Source of the DNA: a virus
Taxonomy: Duplodnaviria > Caudoviricetes
Reading direction: 5' to 3' (one strand)
DNA: 52,138 nucleotides
Virus record (IMG/VR): IMGVR_UViG_3300028840_005437
Coordinates: 1 to 52,138 of that record
The first letter of the stretch is position 1, and every line of letters starts with the position of its first letter. The position numbers and the translations under genes were made by a program. Below the pieces are notes generated by a model. The model was not told the origin of the DNA, ran no database searches, and was given only the letters and a program-made list of their open reading frames with translations. This document shows positions 7,695 through 17,131 of the stretch, one piece after another.

Positions 7695-8748
7695 AGGTTT
7701 TCTGACTGGCAGCCGCCTCGATGCGTTTGGCGGCTATCTCGCAATACTTTTTTTCCTTTTCGCAAAGAATCCAACGGCGATTTAAATGCTCGCATGCCAT
7801 AGCCATAGTGCCTGAACCTCCGAAGAAATCCATGCAAAGGTCGCCGGGATTGCTGGAATGCTTCAGGATATTCTCGATCAATCTTACAGGTTTTGGCGTT
7901 AAATGTCCGATTTGAGGCGCGGCTGAATAGTTCCAGACGCTATTATTCCAGTCCTGCAAGTGAAAACAAAAGTCACCGGTGACGGGTTGATTATTGAAGG
8001 TATATCTCAAGTCCTCGTATTCCTTCCTCAAGTCCTCGTATTCCTTCCTCAAGTACTCGTATTCCTTCCTCAAGTCCTCGTATTCCTTCCTCAAGTACTC
8101 GTTATTTAAGAATGCTCTAACTTTCAGATATTGATCTTTAGTGATTATGTTGTCACCATTCAGCCAATTAGAAACGCATCCAGTTAATCCACCCGTTTTA
8201 CTTGGAAATAAAGCCGCTATTTCTTTATTAGTAACACCCGCTTTTTTAAACTCATCCCGTAGGTACTGAGCGAATTTATTTTTTGGTTTAATATGTTCAT
8301 CTTTAATTGCCTCAAGCCCCGTCTCATCCTGAAAGGTATAGAAAAGGCAATATTCCGCCATTGTTTCATAATTGCGCGAACCATCAATAGCAAGATGTCG
8401 CATATAAAAGCCTCTATTTTTAGTTTCCTTAAAGTACTTATTCCAGACAATGAACTTTTTAAACACAAACTCCGTATTTTCTTCAATCCATCTCATCAAC
8501 CGAGCTATCACCGGCATTTTATTATGAAACCAGTAGAATGAACCGTTGTCTTTAAGCATCCTCTGACAGAGCTTGAAGACTGCTCCCATCCACTCTTGAT
8601 AATTATCGATCTTATCCCAGGTATCCTTCTTAATATTGTACGGCGGATCAATGCAAATCAAAGAAGCTTGTTCTTTGAGATACGGACCGATTTCCAAGCA
8701 ATCGCCGTGATAAAGTTTACCTCTCTCAGTCTCAAAATAAGGATTCAT
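7678..8748 (-). CDS. Beta-class N6-adenine/N4-cytosine DNA methyltransferase with an HTH and heptad-repeat insertion
   Basis: LYHGDCL, IDPPYN, HLTPKP, DFFGGSGT; probable start MNPYFETERG at 8748. Confidence 0.9.
   Translation of the reverse strand: MNPYFETERGKLYHGDCLEIGPYLKEQASLICIDPPYNIKKDTWDKIDNYQEWMGAVFKLCQRMLKDNGSFYWFHNKMPVIARLMRWIEENTEFVFKKFIVWNKYFKETKNRGFYMRHLAIDGSRNYETMAEYCLFYTFQDETGLEAIKDEHIKPKNKFAQYLRDEFKKAGVTNKEIAALFPSKTGGLTGCVSNWLNGDNIITKDQYLKVRAFLNNEYLRKEYEDLRKEYEYLRKEYEDLRKEYEDLRYTFNNQPVTGDFCFHLQDWNNSVWNYSAAPQIGHLTPKPVRLIENILKHSSNPGDLCMDFFGGSGTMAMACEHLNRRWILCEKEKKYCEIAAKRIEAAASQKTFEDYL
8004..8100 (-). repeat. 21-bp tandem repeat (~4.5 copies) encoding YEDLRKE heptads
   Basis: ctcaagtcctcgtattccttc repeated; protein EYLRKEYEDLRKEYEYLRKEYEDLRKEYEDLR. 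Confidence 0.9.
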
Positions 8749-9062
8749 CCTACTTCCTCGCTCCGCAATCTTCGCACATCGAAACCTCATGACAATCGCA
8801 ATATCGTTCGCCCGGATGGCAATATCCGCCTGTTCCGCCGCGCACGCAGACCTTTTTTTTGACGTAGTTATGAGAATATCTCCTGCCGCCGCAGATCGGA
8901 GGCTGCCCGGGTGGTCTGAAAATCGGCCGCGAACGCCCAGCAGGATTCTGGATTGGCTTCGATGCGCCTTAATCAGTATTTCGGGAATTTTTATTCGCCG
9001 CGAATTGAATCCTTCGGCATCGCCGAATATCAGCGCCGCGAAGACAAAAGCGAATATCTTTT

Positions 9063-9224
9063 TCACTGAACGCTCTCCGAATAATCTCGCCCTTTATCGG
9101 TGAGTTCCCATCCGTCACCCCTGAAATACTGAATCAATCCGGCATTCCACGCGCTTCTGAGATCATTATAGAAGTCTTCGGCGAAGCCTTTCACTTGCTC
9201 GCCGCTTTTTATTTTCCGCAACAT
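9063..9224 (-). CDS. Small hypothetical protein, 53 aa (winged-helix-like end)
   Basis: Manual translation MLRKIKSG...GLIQYFRGDGWELTDKGRDY. Confidence 0.5.
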   Translation of the reverse strand: MLRKIKSGEQVKGFAEDFYNDLRSAWNAGLIQYFRGDGWELTDKGRDYSESVQ

Positions 9225-9225
9225 T

Positions 9226-9834
9226 TCAGTCATTGTTTATCTCCGGTTTCGGTATTTTGGTTACAGGAATATAATACTTCAATTTAGCGGTGTTTGAAAA
9301 GCTAGTCACCCAATTCTTCACTTCCGGGTACCATGTTCCTATGCATATCGTTCTGTCATCCAATAAACCAAAAAAATCAAACTGTTTGTCGGGCATTTCA
9401 GGAAGGCTGAATCTCTCCCAGGGGAGCCACGCAAGATTCTTGAATCGATCCGAGGGGAGCCACGCAAGATTCTTGAATCGATCCTCAGCCCATTCTCTTA
9501 TGACCTTACTGACTACGGGACCGCAATCCGGCGGCAAATCAAGGACGGCTGCACCTCCCGAAGAAGACGCGAATCGTAGCCAAAAGCCGTCGTCCCCTCT
9601 TTTCAGGGTTAGTCCTTCTCCGATTTCGACCTCTTTAGGATATGCCGGTTCCAGTTCCCATATTTTTTGTTTTTGCTGCTCAATAGTCGGATAAAAGTTG
9701 CTTCCTATCTCAGCATCATTATAAAGAGGCCTTCCGTATTCGCACGTAAACCATTCTCCTTTTTCTCCGCATCTCACTCTTCTTCCACTCTCCGCCGCAA
9801 TCCGCGAAGCGTCGAAAAAATCGTACTTATCCAT
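9226..9834 (-). CDS. Hypothetical protein with an 11-aa internal duplication
   Basis: 202-aa ORF; DRFKNLAWLP occurs twice. Confidence 0.6.
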   Translation of the reverse strand: MDKYDFFDASRIAAESGRRVRCGEKGEWFTCEYGRPLYNDAEIGSNFYPTIEQQKQKIWELEPAYPKEVEIGEGLTLKRGDDGFWLRFASSSGGAAVLDLPPDCGPVVSKVIREWAEDRFKNLAWLPSDRFKNLAWLPWERFSLPEMPDKQFDFFGLLDDRTICIGTWYPEVKNWVTSFSNTAKLKYYIPVTKIPKPEINND

Positions 9835-10228
9835 TTTGCTTATCCATGTCTTCGGCCATCATCGCGGCCATTCTGTTTTCCTCCCAATTCTCCGGATCGG
9901 CGATCCATAAAGAAATATCGCTCAGTCGCCAGCCGGGACTTTTCGCTTTGCCCGGAACCGCTACCGACTCAGGAAACGTTTTCTTTTTGATCAGCTCGTA
10001 AATAGTCGATTCGGGCGTCCCCGTTAAGGCGGAAACGACTTCCAGCTTGACTATTCTGTCCGTCGTGGCCGGAACGTCCGTCAGACATGAAAGCAGTTTT
10101 TGAAGACCAAGTCCGAATTTCCACAGCTTGCCGACCGGGAAAACGACCATCGTTTTATCCGAATGCTCTTCTCCAATCTCGAAAAGCAGGTCTATGATTT
10201 TCTCTATCGTTCGTTCGTTATCGTTCAT
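9827..10228 (-). CDS. AlpA-family DNA-binding protein (excisionase-like)
   Basis: RIVKLEVVSALTGTPESTIYELIKKKTFP..GWRLSDISLWI. Confidence 0.8.
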   Translation of the reverse strand: MNDNERTIEKIIDLLFEIGEEHSDKTMVVFPVGKLWKFGLGLQKLLSCLTDVPATTDRIVKLEVVSALTGTPESTIYELIKKKTFPESVAVPGKAKSPGWRLSDISLWIADPENWEENRMAAMMAEDMDKQNG

Positions 10229-10246
10229 GTATAAGGTTGTATAAGG

Positions 10247-10630
10247 TTAGCGTTTATGAGGTTCGCGGATAAGACTTTCCGGCAGAACTTCGCGGAGCAT
10301 GGCCATCACGACGGAGTCCTTTTCCTCTTCGCTCGCGGCCGAAAATTGAGTGATTAGAGCTTTCGCCAAGTCCCGCTGAAAATCGGGACTCTCCTTCAGG
10401 AGGGAGTTGACCTCGCTTATAAGAGGATGCGTGGAATGCCCTTTGAGCGGCTCATATGCCTCTTTAAATGTTTCCGGGGTCATTATGCGAATGGAATTTT
10501 CAGGAAATTCTTCGTCTTCGGCCCGGATGACTTTAAAGACGGGATTATTATCCAGCGCGGAAAGTCCCGTATACTCGATAATATTTCCCTCATCGTCATC
10601 TTTGCGCTTGAAGCGGTCGTATTTTTTCAT
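10247..10630 (-). CDS. Hypothetical protein
   Basis: 127-aa ORF, RBS, ATGA overlap. Confidence 0.6.
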   Translation of the reverse strand: MKKYDRFKRKDDDEGNIIEYTGLSALDNNPVFKVIRAEDEEFPENSIRIMTPETFKEAYEPLKGHSTHPLISEVNSLLKESPDFQRDLAKALITQFSAASEEEKDSVVMAMLREVLPESLIREPHKR

Positions 10631-10884
10631 TTCTTCTCCTTAAAGTTATCTAATATGGACGCGCCAATAACGGCGTTAACCAGATCAATCGCCAAGACGG
10701 TCGCTTTTCCGGCTCCACCGGGCAGCGAAATGTCAACCTCGTCATTCTGTCCATGAGCGCCCGACTCGACAATCAGCGGCGTCTCCCAATATTTATTATT
10801 TATTTCGCCGTCCAGTCGCGTCGTTCTGATTTTAATTTTCGCTTTCTCGATCATAACTTCCTCCTGTTCCGTTTTTCGATTCAA
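10627..10884 (-). CDS. Hypothetical protein (first gene of leftward operon)
   Basis: ORF just downstream of leftward promoter. Confidence 0.55.
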   Translation of the reverse strand: MNRKTEQEEVMIEKAKIKIRTTRLDGEINNKYWETPLIVESGAHGQNDEVDISLPGGAGKATVLAIDLVNAVIGASILDNFKEKK

Positions 10885-10892
10885 CTGTCCTT

Positions 10893-10996
10893 AACTTATT
10901 TGCCTGAAACTTTTCTGTCAACACAAAAATGTACATATTTATTTTCATTTTTATGTTAACAAAAATGTTGACAAACTAAAATTGGTCATTTAAGCT
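10893..10996. promoter_or_regulatory. Divergent sigma70-like promoters
   Basis: Plus strand: TTGACA(10968)-17 nt-TAAGCT; minus strand: TTGACA(10921)-17 nt-TAAGTT; ACAAAAATGT occurs twice between them. Confidence 0.7.
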
Positions 10997-11030
10997 GAGA
11001 TCATATTTTAAATTCAGCTAAAAGGACAAT

Positions 11031-11204
11031 ATGCCGATACCTAGAAAAAAAAGAGTGCGGATCGGGTCTCTAACCGTTAGCGAAGATTCCGCCGATTATC
11101 TGAAGCACTTAAAGGACAATGGATTTAACGCGAGCCAGGAAGTGGACGACGCTATCCGCACGTCATCCGGATTCAAGGCTTATATAAAGGAGAAAAATAA
11201 ATGA
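11031..11204 (+). CDS. Small putative ribbon-helix-helix regulator, 57 aa
   Basis: Manual translation MPIPRKKRVRIGSLTVSEDSADYLKHLKDNGFNASQEVDDAIR; AAGGA RBS; ATGA overlap with next gene. Confidence 0.6.
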   Translation: MPIPRKKRVRIGSLTVSEDSADYLKHLKDNGFNASQEVDDAIRTSSGFKAYIKEKNK

Positions 11205-11479
11205 AAATAGAACTCGATCTAACGCCGAAAACGCCGGAATCCATACGGAGATTAAGTTACGGAGACGGCTATCTGGTCCATTATCGGGACTGCCAGGGAC
11301 GCGAGAGGCTGGCTTTGGGAATATGGAAAATGGAAAATGATTTTCATTACCCGGCAATGACGCGCAGAACCCCGCCGCTCTTGGAATCCGTTCAGGGATT
11401 TTTCCGCGCAAAAGACTGGTTCGGCGAAACGCATGAAGCGTGTTCCGGGACGAGACTTTCCGAAATGATGACCGCTTAA
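11201..11479 (+). CDS. Hypothetical protein
   Basis: RBS and operon packing. Confidence 0.6.
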   Translation: MKIELDLTPKTPESIRRLSYGDGYLVHYRDCQGRERLALGIWKMENDFHYPAMTRRTPPLLESVQGFFRAKDWFGETHEACSGTRLSEMMTA

Positions 11480-11488
11480 GGAGAAATA

Positions 11489-12913
11489 ATGTCGAAAAGA
11501 AAAAGGTTAAAAATTTTTAAAATAGAGTTCGCCAACCATGTGGTTCTCGAAAACATGGTATGCCAATTCTCGGATACCTACACGGAGATCATAGGCCTGA
11601 ACGGAACAGGCAAGAGTTCGATAATAGACTCGGTCTGGCAGGCATTCGAGGGCATAGCCGAAAAGGGACCGAGTTCCTTTCGCGGAGAACGGTTCAGATT
11701 CATCCGGCCGGGAGCGAAGTCGGCCGCGATCAAGCTGACTCTGATTGACGCCGCCTATGATAACGCCGAAATCATCGTCGAGCGAAAGTTCACCAAGTCC
11801 TCTAACGCCAAACTGAGCTTCAAGGCGCCGGACGGCTATCCGATTAGCCATGAATGGTTGTCGGAGTTGTTTTCGGTCGCTTTCTTCTCTCCCTCGACGT
11901 TCACGGCTCTGACGGCCAAAGAGCAAGCCCTGCTGCTCGGAATCGACACTTCTGAATTCGACGAGAAGAAAAAGTCTCTCAAGAAAAAGTATTCGGAGAT
12001 CAACGCGCGGCTGAAAGCGTTGGGGAAACCGGAGGAATTCGAGAAGGTTGAAAAGGTGGATGTCGATTCATTGGTTGAGAAAAAGATCGAGATCGACAAT
12101 GCCATTAAGTCTGAAAGACAAAAAATCTCGGACCGCAATGAAGAAAAGCGCAAGCTGTATGAAGAACAGTTGCGCGAAGCTAAAGAAATAGAAAAGTTGT
12201 TTAGGGATAAGCAGGACAGCAATCGTATTCTGATAGCAGACGCCAAGGATTGTCTGGAAGACTTAAGAAAGTTGGGATATACCGGAGAAGAGGTCCAAGC
12301 CTGGATAGATTCTCTTCCCAAGCCCGAAAAGGAATATGTCGGGAAAGAGATTCAAACGCCGACTTATGAAGACCCCGAACCCGACAAAACCGCGCTGACA
12401 GAAATTGACAGGCAAATAGCTTCCGCCTCCGAGACGAACGTGAAGGCCGCCGCCTACGAGCGATATCTCGAAAAGCTTGAAAAGATCGAATCCGTCAAAA
12501 AGGAGCTGACGGAAAACAAAACGCTGCAATCGGAACTTGAAAGCGAGCGAACGGATTTTCTTAAAAAATCCAAACTGCCGTTCAAGGGCATGACGATCGA
12601 CGACAATGGCGGACTGCTGTTCGGCTACCAGGGAGAGGCGCCGCGAGAAATCAGACCTCCCTATTTCAGTCAGGGGCAATTAATGAAGATCGTGCCCCAA
12701 CTCCTTGCCTCCCGAAATCCTGAAATGGAGCTTGTCTTTCTGGACGACTTCGACCTCTTCGACGATGAAAACCAGAAGAAAATTCCGGAAATGCTCATCA
12801 AGAAAGGCTTCCAAGTAATCGTCGCCAAAGTGGGAAGATCAAAGCCGGGCGAAAACATCATAACTCTAAGCCCAATCGAAGACGATCGGGAAGAAGGAGA
12901 GGAGCTGGCGTGA
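11489..12913 (+). CDS. SMC/Rad50-like ATPase
   Basis: Walker A GLNGTGKSS, long coiled coil, signature-like FSQGQ, Walker B LVFLDD. Confidence 0.85.
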   Translation: MSKRKRLKIFKIEFANHVVLENMVCQFSDTYTEIIGLNGTGKSSIIDSVWQAFEGIAEKGPSSFRGERFRFIRPGAKSAAIKLTLIDAAYDNAEIIVERKFTKSSNAKLSFKAPDGYPISHEWLSELFSVAFFSPSTFTALTAKEQALLLGIDTSEFDEKKKSLKKKYSEINARLKALGKPEEFEKVEKVDVDSLVEKKIEIDNAIKSERQKISDRNEEKRKLYEEQLREAKEIEKLFRDKQDSNRILIADAKDCLEDLRKLGYTGEEVQAWIDSLPKPEKEYVGKEIQTPTYEDPEPDKTALTEIDRQIASASETNVKAAAYERYLEKLEKIESVKKELTENKTLQSELESERTDFLKKSKLPFKGMTIDDNGGLLFGYQGEAPREIRPPYFSQGQLMKIVPQLLASRNPEMELVFLDDFDLFDDENQKKIPEMLIKKGFQVIVAKVGRSKPGENIITLSPIEDDREEGEELA

Positions 12914-13788
12914 AAGAAGTCAAAGTAACCCCCTGGCGCGAAGGCATGACGCCGGAAGCCGGGAAAATCTATTCCGGCATGCCCAATGAATCCTATCACG
13001 GATTCCGGGAATGGAACGGATCAAGCATGCTTAAACACGCTTTGAGGTCGGTCGAGTCGTTCCTGTACGAGAAGGAGCAGGAGCCGAAGTCTACGTTAGC
13101 CCTTGAGCGCGGAGGAGCTTTCCATCTGTGCCTGGAAGGACTGACGCAGGGAAAAGGGATGGAATTTTATCAAGACAATGTTTTGCCGTGTCCGACCAAA
13201 ACGATTCTGACGAAAAGCTGGTATGCGGAGAAAGAAGCGAACTCCGGTTGTTATTGTCTGCCGGAAGCGGAACGGGACGCGGTCGCCACTATGTCGTTGA
13301 ATATTCATGCAAAAGGTAGCCGTCTGAAGTTGTTCGATTCCGGATTCGCGGAACTATCCTTTTTCTGGATCGACGAGAAGACCGGGATTAAATGCAAGGC
13401 GCGGACGGACTGGATAGATTTCGGCGAACAGTCTGGAAACCAGTTCATTCTGGATTATAAGAGCACCAAAAATCATAAGCGGAAAGGCTTTGATCGAGAG
13501 ATGCTGAACTACGGCTATCATTTCTCGGCCGCCTTTTACATGGAGGGAGTCCGCCAAGTGACCGGATTGCCTTTCGATGATTTCACCGTCGCGGCTTGCG
13601 CCAACACGCCGCCGCACGAGGTAAGGTTCTATCCGGTAGGCCGGGATTCTCTGGACGAGGGACGGAGTCTTTTTCAGGATTGCCTCTGGAAGATAGCGAA
13701 CCATGAGCCGGACGAGGAGCCGATTATCGAAGAGCCGCTGGACATTCCCAGGTACGGAATGACGATTGAAAATCCTTTCGAGGAGTAG
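12910..13788 (+). CDS. PD-(D/E)XK exonuclease (RecE/ExoVIII-like)
   Basis: MPNESYH..SSMLK..GGAFH..ELSFFW..KARTD..LDYKST..YHFSAAFY. Confidence 0.85.
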   Translation: MKEVKVTPWREGMTPEAGKIYSGMPNESYHGFREWNGSSMLKHALRSVESFLYEKEQEPKSTLALERGGAFHLCLEGLTQGKGMEFYQDNVLPCPTKTILTKSWYAEKEANSGCYCLPEAERDAVATMSLNIHAKGSRLKLFDSGFAELSFFWIDEKTGIKCKARTDWIDFGEQSGNQFILDYKSTKNHKRKGFDREMLNYGYHFSAAFYMEGVRQVTGLPFDDFTVAACANTPPHEVRFYPVGRDSLDEGRSLFQDCLWKIANHEPDEEPIIEEPLDIPRYGMTIENPFEE

Positions 13789-13803
13789 AAAGACATAGGC
13801 AAT

Positions 13804-14046
13804 ATGGAACATAAAATTATCATGCCGCATTCGTTGACTGCGGAAAACGGAGCGAAAGCTCTATTAAGCGGTGAATTTCATGAAACCGTGATAATACCGT
13901 GCTCCGCATGCGAGGAAAACGGATATGATGAATTATGCGAAGAGTGCACGGGAGCTGGCGAGTATGCGCTGAAAGTTCCGGTATCCTGGACGACCATAAA
14001 GGAAATCTACCGAAAAGTTGTTGATGAGTTGGGGGTGGAGCAATGA
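13804..14046 (+). CDS. Small zinc-finger-like phage protein
   Basis: LTAENGAKALLSGEF..CSAC..CEECTG..VPVSWTTIKEIY. Confidence 0.7.
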   Translation: MEHKIIMPHSLTAENGAKALLSGEFHETVIIPCSACEENGYDELCEECTGAGEYALKVPVSWTTIKEIYRKVVDELGVEQ

Positions 14047-14216
14047 GCACTAAATACAAAATCGGGTCTGAAGTTCTGAGTGAAATACTATGCAGGAGAC
14101 TGCGGGAACTTTCAGACGCCTACAAGTCAATCAAGAAAAACGTCCTCGCCTTCGCGGAAATGCACGGCAAAAGCGAAGTGATAGAGGAGCAATTGAAGTT
14201 GGAGGAAAATCAATGA
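14043..14216 (+). CDS. Hypothetical protein, 57 aa
   Basis: Manual translation MSTKYKIGSEVL...; ATGA overlaps at both ends. Confidence 0.5.
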   Translation: MSTKYKIGSEVLSEILCRRLRELSDAYKSIKKNVLAFAEMHGKSEVIEEQLKLEENQ

Positions 14217-14476
14217 GCACTACATGGAGGAAGGAAATATCTTACGCGATGAGTAAGACTCAGGAAACATGGCAGGATATAGAATCAATTACCCTTTCAG
14301 ACAAAGAACTGGATGTCGAGTTCAATGATGGATACGGACACGAGGAAGGCATTCCTTTTACCGCATGGTCAAAAAATCATGTATATTTCCCTATCTGTTA
14401 TGATGGCGCGGAATGGTGCGGTTCCGTTTCCAGAAATCCTAATGGGAAACCGACGGGTCATCAAGGAGGCGGCTAA
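14213..14476 (+). CDS. Hypothetical phage protein
   Basis: Start MSTTWRKE; LDVEFNDGYG..FTAW..VYFP..YDGAEW..RNP. Confidence 0.7.
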   Translation: MSTTWRKEISYAMSKTQETWQDIESITLSDKELDVEFNDGYGHEEGIPFTAWSKNHVYFPICYDGAEWCGSVSRNPNGKPTGHQGGG

Positions 14477-14625
14477 TGTTTGACCGCAAGCCCGAACCAT
14501 ACGCCTGGACCTGCTCACGCTGCGAATGCCGAAACGATGAGGAGGACGCGCCCGATTACGGAAAAACGCTGCGCTGCCGAAGGTGCGGCCGAAAAGTTCA
14601 ATTCGGAGAAGAAATTGATGATTGA
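14476..14625 (+). CDS. Small zinc-ribbon protein, 49 aa
   Basis: Manual translation MFDRKPEPYAWTCSRCECRN...LRCRRCGRK. Confidence 0.55.
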   Translation: MFDRKPEPYAWTCSRCECRNDEEDAPDYGKTLRCRRCGRKVQFGEEIDD

Positions 14626-14917
14626 GAAAATCACTGCTTTTAGAACCACTGACGGAGAATATTTTGAGAATCTTCAGCAAGCTATTGATTATCAGCGAAA
14701 AATAGAACGAGAATTAAATATGGGGAAATGGCTCAATGATAATCTTGATCCCGTCAGCGCGTCTTTCATGGCGGAACATGCGCCGAATGTCTCGGTGGTT
14801 CCACTCTGGCATTTATCCTTATTCATAAGCAGACATGGCGAATTGCTGGAAGCCATACAGAAAATTCAGAAACGTCAATCATCTAAAACTGAAAATATTT
14901 TATTAATAGAGGAATGA
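14618..14917 (+). CDS. Hypothetical protein
   Basis: Start MIEKITAFRTTDGEYF. Confidence 0.6.
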   Translation: MIEKITAFRTTDGEYFENLQQAIDYQRKIERELNMGKWLNDNLDPVSASFMAEHAPNVSVVPLWHLSLFISRHGELLEAIQKIQKRQSSKTENILLIEE

Positions 14918-14921
14918 AATT

Positions 14922-15989
14922 ATGAGCAACGAAAATAAGCCCGTTAAAGATTTAATGATCCCTGAAGAATTGCAGGAAAAATTCGATCTTGTAGTTAAGG
15001 AATGTTCGGGAGCTTTAAGCACGGGCGTGAACAGCATTAAGGACAGTTTGGTGGTTATGAACGGAATCAGAAGTCTGAAAGCGTTTTTTAAAACCCCTGA
15101 AATCCAGGAACTTGTGGAGATGTCCCAGGAAAGCCCCGCCGGGTTCCTGACTGATCGAAGCGAGAAAAATATTTTCAAACACAATAAGAACCCCGACAGA
15201 AAATACGACATGAAGCCGTACAGCTATGCGCAAATAGTCGAAGCGCTGATACCTTGCTGTCTGGAAGGCTATAGAATGCATGGCAATGAGATAAATATCA
15301 TTTCAGGAAAGGGAATGCCGGTTAAAGCCGGCAAGTTTCGCCGCATCCTTGAAATGACTGAAGGCTTCCGGGAAACAATCAGCACTCCGGCCGTAAAAGA
15401 CGGACATGCGTTTATAAAATGCAAGGCGAAATGGGTCATTGAGGGACGGGAGCAATCAATCGGTTATGAGGATGGAGATGAAGTCCACATAAAAGTGAAG
15501 TTCGGAAAATGGGATTCCCTGGACAAAGCGCGCGGGCTGGCTCAATCGAAATTATACAGCCAAGTTTTAACGAGAATTACAGGCCGTTTTATCGCCGAAG
15601 AGCCGGACGGCGTTATAATTCCAAATGAGGATACCAAACCATCGGACGTCAAAGTCACGGTCGAAGAGCCGGAGCCGCCGAAGACCGAAGAGACAACCAA
15701 GCCGAAGCGGGAAAAGAAGCCGGAGTCCAAAACGGAGAAGAAACCGAAGGAAAGAGAACCGGAAACCAAGCTTCAACTGCCGCCCAATCCCAATGAAGTC
15801 GTCAAAGAGCTTTTCGGACTGGCGACTCATCCCGACAACGAGGACGCCATAGACGCCATAGGCAGCATGGAAGGAGCGGTCCCTCTGGAGGATGTAATCC
15901 GCCTCAATGATATGAATATGGCGCTGTACTGGGTCAAGGAGATCAAGAGCTTTAACGCGACCGAGAAAGGGGAGGAGGACATGGCGTGA
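14922..15989 (+). CDS. Putative ssDNA-annealing/recombination protein
   Basis: Lies in exonuclease/ATPase cluster; globular N-terminus plus charged low-complexity linker; function inferred from context. Confidence 0.4.
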   Translation: MSNENKPVKDLMIPEELQEKFDLVVKECSGALSTGVNSIKDSLVVMNGIRSLKAFFKTPEIQELVEMSQESPAGFLTDRSEKNIFKHNKNPDRKYDMKPYSYAQIVEALIPCCLEGYRMHGNEINIISGKGMPVKAGKFRRILEMTEGFRETISTPAVKDGHAFIKCKAKWVIEGREQSIGYEDGDEVHIKVKFGKWDSLDKARGLAQSKLYSQVLTRITGRFIAEEPDGVIIPNEDTKPSDVKVTVEEPEPPKTEETTKPKREKKPESKTEKKPKEREPETKLQLPPNPNEVVKELFGLATHPDNEDAIDAIGSMEGAVPLEDVIRLNDMNMALYWVKEIKSFNATEKGEEDMA

Positions 15990-16420
15990 GCTATCCGATT
16001 GAAAGACAAGTCTGCTCTTTGGGGCAGGCTAAGAGGCTGGCTGAGTTGCTTGGGGACGATGCGCCGGAGAGTTTAATATGCTGGGTGAATTGGGACGGCG
16101 ACGACCTTCAGTGGGAATTAGCCAGCGATTCAGAATCGACGGAAGCGAATATTTCACTACCAGCCTACACGGGCGACGAGTTAGGGGCTTTGTTGCCATC
16201 TGTTATCGAAAAAGATGAAATCCAATATTATATAAGATTTTTCAGAACCTTGTATGACAATAAATTCAAAGCGGGTTATTTAAAAACTTATTCCGATTGG
16301 TCAGGAAAATTGTGTGGAAATAGAGGTGAAACCGAAGCCCAGGCCAAAGCCGCGCTCGCTATCCAGGGACTTGAGAAGGACTGGTTTAAAAAGGAGGACT
16401 TCAATTATGGACTTTCCTGA
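15986..16420 (+). CDS. Hypothetical protein
   Basis: QVCSLGQAKRLAEL..PAYT..ELG.LLP..EAQAKA phage motif. Confidence 0.65.
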   Translation: MSYPIERQVCSLGQAKRLAELLGDDAPESLICWVNWDGDDLQWELASDSESTEANISLPAYTGDELGALLPSVIEKDEIQYYIRFFRTLYDNKFKAGYLKTYSDWSGKLCGNRGETEAQAKAALAIQGLEKDWFKKEDFNYGLS

Positions 16421-16640
16421 GAAACGTTATGGTCGGAATCCGACGTGGAAAAGGCGGAAAATAATTCATATTCCGCGCGAAGAGATTGAGGCGGCCACGG
16501 CCGAATTCCTGGCCGAAGGCGGCAAGATCACATATCTGGAATCGCACGAGGACAACAACGCCAATAGAATGAATCCGAAACCGCAGGTGTTCGGCGGAGA
16601 CGGTCCGGCGAACGACTGGGCGCCGCTGATGCCTTTTTAG
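16407..16640 (+). CDS. SutA-like small protein
   Basis: REEIEAATAEFLAEGGKIT resembles the SutA RNA-polymerase-binding motif. Confidence 0.5.
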   Translation: MDFPEKRYGRNPTWKRRKIIHIPREEIEAATAEFLAEGGKITYLESHEDNNANRMNPKPQVFGGDGPANDWAPLMPF

Positions 16641-16648
16641 GAGCAATA

Positions 16649-17131
16649 ATGAAGAATCAAGAATTCAAACAAATCCTTGATGAAAGAATTTCTAAGATAA
16701 CAGAAATTCTTTCCCGAAAAGCAAAGGAGTATTCGGGCAATGAAGATCGACTCTATAATTTCAGAAAAGCCGCAAAAATAAACGGAACAACATTAGAGAC
16801 GGCTTTATGGGGCATGGCATCGAAACATCTTGTTTCCGTTATTGATTTGATTCAGGGCAATCTGTCCCCAACGGAAGAAACCGTTGATGAAAAAATCGGA
16901 GATATGATCAATTATCTGATCTTGCTCGAAGCCATTTTTAAAGAAAAAACTATAGATGAGGAGAACATCATGAACGAACTGCAAAAACAATGTCTGAGAG
17001 CCGAGAAAATAATTAGAGATTCGGACCTCAGCGAAAACGAACAGCTACAGGCTCTCCATGATCTGATTAGAGATATTATGATTGTCGAGGCCGAGCCGGA
17101 GCCGAAGTACGAGGAGGAGAATGGAGAATAA
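16649..17131 (+). CDS. All-alpha nucleotide-modification-associated (MazG-like superfamily) protein
   Basis: KAKEYS..DRLYNF..KH..EKIGDMINYLILL. Confidence 0.6.
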   Translation: MKNQEFKQILDERISKITEILSRKAKEYSGNEDRLYNFRKAAKINGTTLETALWGMASKHLVSVIDLIQGNLSPTEETVDEKIGDMINYLILLEAIFKEKTIDEENIMNELQKQCLRAEKIIRDSDLSENEQLQALHDLIRDIMIVEAEPEPKYEEENGE

